The notes under the pieces were generated by a model, which ran no database searches, was not told the origin of the DNA, and saw only the letters and a program-made list of their open reading frames with translations. DNA of 64,000 nt. It comes from an uncultured virus (IMG/VR IMGVR_UViG_3300002773_000047) (taxonomy: Duplodnaviria; Heunggongvirae; Uroviricota; Caudoviricetes). The position numbers and the translations under genes are program-made. Of the stretch, positions 54,201 to 63,200 are shown piece after piece. The DNA is taken from IMG/VR virus record IMGVR_UViG_3300002773_000047, one strand, 5' to 3'. How positions within the stretch are numbered: position 1 is the stretch's first letter; each line of letters starts with the position of its first letter.

Positions 54201-57200
54201 CAGCAGCGCCGGCCGCCGCCCCGATTGCTGCTACCAAAGCAGGAGACGAAAATGGACGAAATGCAGGAACTGTACCGACCGAACGACTACCCGCCGCCGA
54301 TCAAGGAAGCGATGCGCGCGATGCCGGCGCTGGCGACCGAGATCGCCAACCGGTGGATGCTCGGGTGGCCGAAGCGGGTGAAGGCGCTGATCGAGGCGAG
54401 CGAGTTCCTGCCGGCGCTGAAGGAGCAGGAGGAGGCCGAGCGGAGAGCGTACAGCGACTCCGGGAATCGGCACCTGGCGAGGCACGAGATAGCCGAGCTG
54501 TACGGCCTGAGCGACAGTCCGCCGACGCTGTAGCCGACCCGGCGACCGCCGAGGCCTCGCCAAAGCCCGAGCTCGACCAGTCGGGCGACCACACGCTGGA
54601 TGCCGACGATATCGGCAAGGGTGGGCTCACCAAGAAGTACCGCGACAACATCGCTGCCATCCGCATCCTGAAGGCGCTCGCCAGCGAGAGCCGCAAGGCC
54701 ACCCCGGAGGAGCGCAAGCAGATCGCGCGCTACGTCGGCTGGGGTGCGCTGAAGGGCGTGTTCGACCCGCAGAACAAGCAGTGGGCCAAGGAATTCGCCG
54801 AGCTGCGCGAGTTGTTGACCGATGCCGAGTACAAGGCCGCTCGCGCGTCGATGCTGAACGCGCACTACACGGCGCCGGTGGTGGTCAACGGCATCTACGA
54901 TGCGCTCGAGCGCATGGGGTTCACCGCTGGCCGCATTCTCGAACCGGCGGTGGGAACCGGCAACTTCTTCGGCCTGATGCCCGCGAGCATGCGCAAGCGC
55001 TCGCAGCTGCATGGCGTGGAGCTGGACCCGCTCACCAGCCAGATCGCGGCGGCGCTGTATCCGAGCGCCAAGGTGGCGCGGGCCACCGCGTTCCAGGACT
55101 TCCAGGCCCCGTCCGAGTACTTCGACCTGGCGGTGGGCAATCCGCCATTCGGCTCGGAGCCCATCGTCGATGACGACCGCTCGCCGTATTCGGGTTTCTC
55201 GATCCACAACTACTTCTTCGCCAAGAGCATCGACAAGCTGCGCCCCGGTGGCCTGCTGACGATGGTGGTGTCGCACAACTTCCTTGACGCCAAGAACGAA
55301 GCAGCACGGCAGTGGATCGCCGATCGGGCCAACCTGGTGGCAGCGGTCCGGCTGCCGCGAACCGTGTTCAAGGAGAACGCCGGCACCGACGTGGTGACCG
55401 ACATCGTGGTGCTCCAGAAGAAAACGGAATCCGAGCGCGCGAGCGGATTGGGCGATGCGGCGTGGGTGAAGGCCGGCCAGCAGACCCTGACCAACCCGAA
55501 GACCGGCGAGGCGACGCAGCACAACGTCAGCAGCTACTTCCTGACCAATCCCGATGCGGTGCTGGGCACGCCGGCGGCGGCCGGCGGGATGTATCGCCTG
55601 GGCGAGTACACCGTGGAGCCCTCCGGCGATCTGGCGCAACAGCTGAAGGCATGGGCCACCGCGCTCCCGGAAGACCTCTATCAGCCTGTGGAGCGCACGC
55701 ACGAGCAGGAAGCTGCCGACGTGGTGGTGCCTGACGGTGTGAAGGTTGGTTCGTTCTACGTGGACGACAGCGGCCGCGTGCAGATGCGCGGCCCGGATTC
55801 GCTGGGCAATCGAACGGCAGAGCCGTGGACGCCGCCCAACGCGAAGGCTGCCGAGCGCATGAAGGGGATGGTTGGCCTGCGCGACGCGCTGCGAGCACAG
55901 ATGCGCCTGGAGCGCTCCCCGGACTCTACCGACGGACAGATCGAGCAGCACCGCCGCGAGTTGAATCGCCTCTATGACGGGTTCCAGAGCAAGTACGGCT
56001 ACCTGAACGACCCGACCAACCGCCGCATCTTCCTGGACGACACCGAGTCGGCCCTGGTGCTGGCGCTGGAGTTCGACTACGACCGTGGCGTGAGCAAGGC
56101 GGTGGCCGAGCGCGAGGACATCGAGCCGCGTGCGCCCAAGGCAATCAAGGCCGACATCTTCGCGCGGCGCGTGATGTTCCCGCCCGCGGACAACATCAAG
56201 GTGAGCAACGCCAAGGACGCGCTGCTGGCCAGCCTGAACTACAAGGGCCGGCTGGATGCCGACTACATGGCGACGCTGTACGACAAGTCACCGGCCCAGA
56301 TCGTGTCGGAACTTGGTGACGTGGTGTATGCCGACCCGGTGAACGGGCTCGTGATGGCCGACGAATATCTGTCGGGCGACGTGAAGACGAAGCTGGCCGA
56401 AGCAGAGGCCGCCGCGCGTGACGACCCGGCGCTTCGCCGCAACGTGGAGGCCCTGCGCAAGGTCATTCCGGCCGACAAGCGGCCGAGCGAGATCCACGCG
56501 GCCATGGGCGCGGCTTTCATACCGTCGGAACTATTCCAGCAATTCGCCAAGGAAGTGACCGGCGCCGACGCGCGCGTCACCTACCTGCGCGCCACCGGTC
56601 AATGGCTGGTGGACTACACGTCCCAGCCCAACCCGGCGCTCAACACGGCGAAGTGGGGCATTGGCAGGATGACCGCGCAGAACATCTTCATGCGCACGAT
56701 GGCCGGCCAGGGCGTGGTGGTCACGGACACCATCCGCGACCCGAACGGTGGTACCCGCACCGTGGTGCTGGAGAAGGAAACGGAGGCCGCGCGCGAGAAG
56801 CAGGCCGCGATGAAGGCCGAATGGCAGCGCTGGCTGTGGAGCGACCCTGAGCGCGCCGACCGTGTGGCGGGCATCTACAACGACAAGATGAACCGCATCG
56901 TGGTGCGGCGCTTCGATGGCTCGCATATGACCTTCCCGGGCATGTCGCCCGCGATGGAGTTGCTGCCGCACCAGAAAGATGCCGTATGGCGCGCGCTTCA
57001 GCAGCGCCAGATCCTGCTGGATCACGTCGTCGGTGCTGGCAAGACCTTCGAGGTTGTGGCTGCCATCATGGAAATGCGCCGGCTGGGCATTGCGCGCAAG
57101 CCGATCGTCACGGTGCCCAACCACCTCACCCTGCAGTGGCGCAGCGAGTTCTCGCGCCTCTACCCGGCGGCCAACGTGCTGGCGGCCACGCCCGACGACT

Positions 57201-60200
57201 TCACCAAGGGCAATCGGGAGAAGTTCTTCTCCAAGATCGTCACCGGCGACTGGGATGCCGTCATCATCGGCCATTCCAGCCTGAAGAGGATCGCGCTGCC
57301 GGCCGAGACAGAAAAGGCCGTGCTGGAAGAGCAGATTACCGAGTTGGCCGACAGCATCGGCGAAATGAAGCGCGCCCGCGGCGACCGGAATGTCGTGCGC
57401 GACATGGAGAGCATCAAGGCCCGTCTGGAAGCCCGCATGAAGCAGCGCGTGCAAGCCCTTGGCGAGCGCGACAAGGTAGTGACCTTCGACGAGCTCGGCG
57501 TCGATGCTTTCGCCATCGACGAGCTGCACGAGTTCAAGAACCTCTTCTACAACTCCACCATGGAGCGCGTGCCCGGCATGGGCAACCCCGGCGGCTCGGA
57601 CAAGGCGTTCGACCTGTTCGTGAAGGCGCAGTACCTCTTCGACGCGCTGGGGGACAAGGCGCCGCTGATGGGCGCGACCGGCACGCCGGTTTCCAACAGC
57701 CTGGTGGAAATGTTCAATATGCAGCGGTTCCTGCAGTACCCGACGCTGAAGGCGCAGGGCCTGCACGTCTTCGACGCCTGGGCCAAGCAGTTCGGCAGCG
57801 TGGAATCGCTGTACGAGGTGTCGCCGTCTGGGACCGGCTACCGCCAGGCCTCGCGCTTCGCCAAGTTCAAGAACCTGCCGGCGCTGATGGGCATGTACCA
57901 GACCTTCGCCGACACGGTGACGCTGGACGATCTGAAGGCGCAAGAGGAAGCCCGAGGCCGCACATTCCCGGTGCCGCAGGTGGCCGGCGGCCGCCCGGTG
58001 AACGTGGTGGCGAAGCGCTCGCCGGAGGTGGCCAACTTCATGGGCGTGCCGCAACTGGACATCCAGGGCGGGCGAGTGCAGTTCGGGTTCAACCCGGCCG
58101 CTGGGGAGCGCGCAGTTATCGAGAAGGCCGAGGACGGCAACAGCTGGCGCGCCGAAACCCGCGTGCCGCAGCCCGACGAGAAGGAGATTCGGCAGCTGAT
58201 CGGCTCGGCCAAGACCGAAGAGGATGCCAAGCTGCTGGTGGTCGAAGCCGCCCTGTCGCCCAAGATCAAGGTGGACCCGAAGTCGATCCTCGGCCAGTTC
58301 GCCGACCTGAAGCGGCTGACGAAGGAAACGAAGGGGAAGGTCAACGCGCTGTCGCTGACCGGCCAAGCCAACAAGGCGGGCTTGGACTTCCGCCTGATCG
58401 ACCCGTCGGCGCCCGACTTCGAGGGCTCGAAGATCAATCTCGCCGTCGACCGCATGCTGGGCACCTACCAGAAGTGGACCAGCGACCGAGGAACGCAACT
58501 GGTCTTCTGCGACCTGTCCGTGCCCCTCTCGGCACGCAGCGGCTTCGGCAGCAAGGAGCGGCGCGTGTACGTGCGAGACGACGGCGCCCTGGTGCACAAG
58601 AAGGGCACCATGCACACGGTTCGCGGCCACGAAGACTTGCCGTTCTTCGTGGTGAAGGAGGGCGGCAAGGACGCCAAGGCCTTCGCCATCTACGACGCCG
58701 CCACGGGCTTGCGCGTGCACACCGGCCTGCCGGCCAAGGGCATTGCGACCGACTGGGCGGCGCAGGCCCTGAACGACGACGGCCGCCGCCAGCGCTGGAT
58801 CGACGCCCGCGACCGCATCGGCGACCTCCAGCAGGACGAGATCGACGACTACAACAACGCCAACGAGATCGACACCGAGGAAACCGAATCGATCTCGCTG
58901 GCCGACATCGCAGGCATGTCGGGAGCCACCGCGTTCTCGGTGTACGACGACATCAAGGGCAAGTTGATGGCGCGCGGCGTGCCGGAGCGCGAAATCGCCT
59001 TCATCCACGACTACAACACGCCCGCAGCGAAGGACAAGCTGTTCAAGGCGGTGAATCGGGGCGACATCCGCTTCCTGCTGGGCTCCACGCCGAAGATGGG
59101 CGCCGGCACCAACGTGCAGGAGCGCCTGGTCGGGCTGCATCACATCGACGCGCCCTGGCGCCCGAGCGACCTGGAGCAACGCGAGGGCCGCATCATCCGC
59201 CGCGGCAATGCGCTCTATGCTCGTGACCCGGATGGTTTCGAGGTGGAAATCTACCGCTACGCCACCGAGCAGACCTACGACACCCGCCGGTGGCAGATCC
59301 TGGAGCACAAGGCTCGCGGCATCGAGCAGCTGCGTAAGTACGACGGCACCCTCAACGAGATCGACGACATCGAGGGGGAGGCCGCCAACGCGGCCGACAT
59401 GAAGGCCGCCGCCTCGGGCGACCCGCTCATCCTGGAAGAAACACGGCTACGCAACGATGTGCGCCGCCTCGAATCACTGCAAGCCTCCCACGCGGACGAA
59501 ACGGCTTCGATGGTGCGCCAGGCGCGCGACCAACAACGCTTCGCGCAAGACTGGGGCCCGAAGGAGCTGGAAACGTTCCGAGGTCTGCAGGCTGCCGCCG
59601 AGGCCAACCCGGTGCCCAAGGATGGCTTCGCTGGCCTGACCGTTGCCGGGAAGACGATCACCGACCGCGAAGCGGCTATCAAGGCCGTCAAGCGGGGCAT
59701 CGATCGTGTGTTCGTAAGCGGCGGGCAGGAGGAGTTCCAGTACCGAGGCGTGACCTTCATGCTGGAAGGCACGCCCGACCACGTGGAGCTCAATTCGCCC
59801 ACCGGTGGGCTGGATTCCTATCGGCCGGCCAGGGACGTGCTGCCGTCGGCGGCGGGCATCCTGACCCGCTTCGGCAACTACATCAACCGTCTCCCGGCGC
59901 ACATCGTCGACCTCGATGCGAAGATCACGGAAGCGAAGCAGGCGGCAGTGCAATTGCGCGAGCAGGCCGGCAAGCCATTCGCCCAGGCGAAGGAGCTGGA
60001 GTCAGCACGCGAGGCACATCGCCGGGTGCAGCGCCGGCTCGTGGCGAAGGGGCCGGACATCCCGCTGAACCAGCGACCCGCCCTGCAGAAGGCCATGGCC
60101 GAGCAGCGCCAGCAGCTCATCGAGCAGGGGTTCGGGGATACGCTCGAGGAGTTCGGCGGTGGCGCCGACGATGCGCAGTTCCGCCGGGACGGGACCGAAA

Positions 60201-63200
60201 TGCTGTCGCCCGAGGCAGCCAGAGCCATGCGGGCGCTCCTGCCTAACTACTCGCCGCAGGCTCGCGCACAGGCTGTAGCGTCTGTGACCAAGACGGTGGA
60301 GGCGATCCGCGCAGGCTGGGGCAACGGGCCCGAGGTGATCGTGGCGTTCGACATGGGTGACCCGGTTGTGCCCGAGGCGGCCCGCCGCGCGGACCTGAAG
60401 CAGCGCAGCGGCGGCGCACGGGGCGCTCCCGAGGGCTTCTACTACCGTGGCAAGGCCTACTTGATGGCCTCGCGGCTGCCCACGGCCAACGATGCGGCGC
60501 GCGTGCTCTTTCACGAAGTACTCGGCCACCACGGGCTGCGCGGCCAGTTCGGCAAGGGGCTGGACGACGTGCTGAACCAGATCGGCACCATGCGCCGCGC
60601 TGACGTGGACGCGAAGATCAAGGAATACGGGCTGCGCGGCGTCAACAAGCTCGACCGGCGCGCCGCGGCGGAGGAAGTCCTGGCCGAAATGGCGCAGACA
60701 CACCCCGAGCTGCACTTCGTGCGCCGCGCCATCGCCGCGATCCGCACCTGGCTGCGCCAGCACGTGCCGGGTTTCAGCAACCTGCGGATGACGGACGACG
60801 AGATCGTGCGCAACTTCATCCTGCCGGCTCGGCGCTTCGTTGAGCAGGGCGGCCCGGACGACGGGCCCGGCGACGGGCTGCGCTTCAGCCGTGGTGACGC
60901 AGGCCCCGCCTCGACCAACAGCCTCGATACCCCCATCGCCGCCAACGACGAAGGTGTAGCGAACTTCTGGCACTGGTACAGTGGGCAGGATGGAAGCCTC
61001 AAAGACACCCGAAGCAGCACGCAAGGATCTGGAGGAACTGCTGGCGGAGCTGCCGCCGGTGGGCCCGGCCGAGATGGCGGCGCACCTGGGCGACTCGGAC
61101 CCGTTGATGCGCAAGGCCGCCCGCTCGTATTTTTCCACGGCACGCGAGACGACTTCACCGCGTTCGATACCGAGCACCCAAACCGAAAAGACGTAGGCTG
61201 GCTCGGCCGCGGCGTCTACGGTGCGAGCGACCCGGCGGACGCCAACTACTATGCCGGCGCCAAGCGCGGAGGCGGTGGGCAGCGCGTCATGCCGCTGTAT
61301 TTCGCGGTCACGAACCCCTACGTTGCCACGCCGGAGATCAAGGCCCGGCTGAAGCGGGCCACGCAGGCCCAGGTCGATCGCTTCACGGCGAACCTGCGCG
61401 CGATGGGGCATGACGGCGTGACGCTCACTGTCGAAGATGGCTCGGTGGAGATCGTCGCGTTCGATCCCAGCCAGGTGAAATCGGCCATCGGCAACAGTGG
61501 GGCATTCGACGCTGGCACCTCGGACATCCGGTTCAGCCGATCCACGGTGCAGGACTTCGCCAAGAAGGCCACCGCCGAGCTCAATAAGACTTTCAATGCG
61601 CCCGGCAAGTTGTCTTGGTGGCACAAGACCGTGGGCACCATGTACAACCTCGCGGAGCGTTCGCCAGCCTTCAAGGCGGTGTTCGACTCAGCGCAAGGGT
61701 TCGTCGACGACGTGAGCTTCTACGCCAACGACGCGGCCGAACTGGCGCCCAAGCTGCTGCCGAAGCTGGAGACGTGGCGCGATATCAAGAAAGCGCCGGT
61801 GGCCGCGGCCGACAACGCCGCAGTGGCGAAGCCGGTCTTCGAAGGCACGCTGACCTGGGCGCGAGACGAACAGGGCATGCCGGTACCGGTGCAGTCGCTC
61901 ATCGACGCGGCGGCCGAGCTGTCGGCCGACCAGAAGGCGCAGCGCCTGCTGCGAAACGGGCAGATCGACGAGCGCATGCTGAAGGCATGGCAGGGCATGC
62001 CAATGGAATCCTATGAGAAGGCCATCAGCACGCGCTTCGAGTCGCGCATGCTGCAGCCGGGCGTCGTCTGGACCGATGCGGAGCTGCGCTCCATGTTCAA
62101 GCTCACGGACGACCAGATCGCGCTCTACCACGAGTTCCGCGAGACGACCGACCGAAGCCTGGACACGATGGCACGCGCCGACATGCTGCGTTTCGTGGGC
62201 GACGATGCCAAGGGCATGCGTGGCATGGTGATGGATGCGCCGGACGCCCAAGCGGCGGCCGTGCTGCTGCGCGATCACCTGGTGCAGTTGGCCAACGAGC
62301 AGCCTGACCGCGCGACTCAGATCCTGAACACCGCCAACGGCATCATCGACCGAGCCGACAAGGTGCGCGAGCTGCAGGCCCGCGGGTATGCGCCGCTGTC
62401 GCGCTTCGGCCGCTACTCGGTCGACGTGGTGGACGCTGCCGGGGAGCGGCAGTACTTCGGCCTGTTCGAGACGGCGCGCGAGGCCAACAACATGGCCGCC
62501 CAGATGCGGGAAGAGTTCGGCGATGCCACCGTCACCCAAGGCACGCTCTCGGAGGAGGCCTTCAAGCTCTTCGCTGGCGTGACGCCCGAGACGCTGGAAC
62601 TCTTCGGCAATGCCCTTGGCCTCGATTCGACCGGCGAAAGCGCGCAGGACCAGGCTTTCCAGGAATACCTGCGGCTGACGAAGACCAACCGCAGCGCAAT
62701 GCGGCGGCTGATCCATCGCAAGGGCATCGCCGGTTTCAGCGAAGACGTGGGCCGCGTGCTGGCTTCCTTCATCTACTCGAACGCGCGCCAGACGGCCGCC
62801 GGCCTGCACATGGGCGACCTCGGCGAGGCGGTGCAGGCCATCCCGAAGGAACAGGGCGAGCTGAAAGATGCCGCCGTGCGCCTGGCCGACTATGTGAAGA
62901 ACCCGCAGGAGGAGGCGCAGGCGGTGCGCGGGCTGCTGTTCGCGCAGTACCTGGGCGGCTCGGTCGCGTCGGCGTTCGTGAACATGACCCAGCCTATCGC
63001 TGTGACGATGCCGTGGCTGAGCCAGTACGGCGGCGCGCGCGCCGCGGCCGCGCAGATCGGCCGGGCGGCCAAGAACATCGCCACGCGCGGCTTCGAGTAC
63101 GAACCGGATCTCGCCGCGGCGCTCAAGCGCGCCGAGGACGAGGGCACCGTGAGCCCGCAGGAGGTGCATCAGCTGATGGCGCAGGCGCGCGGCGCGAGCT

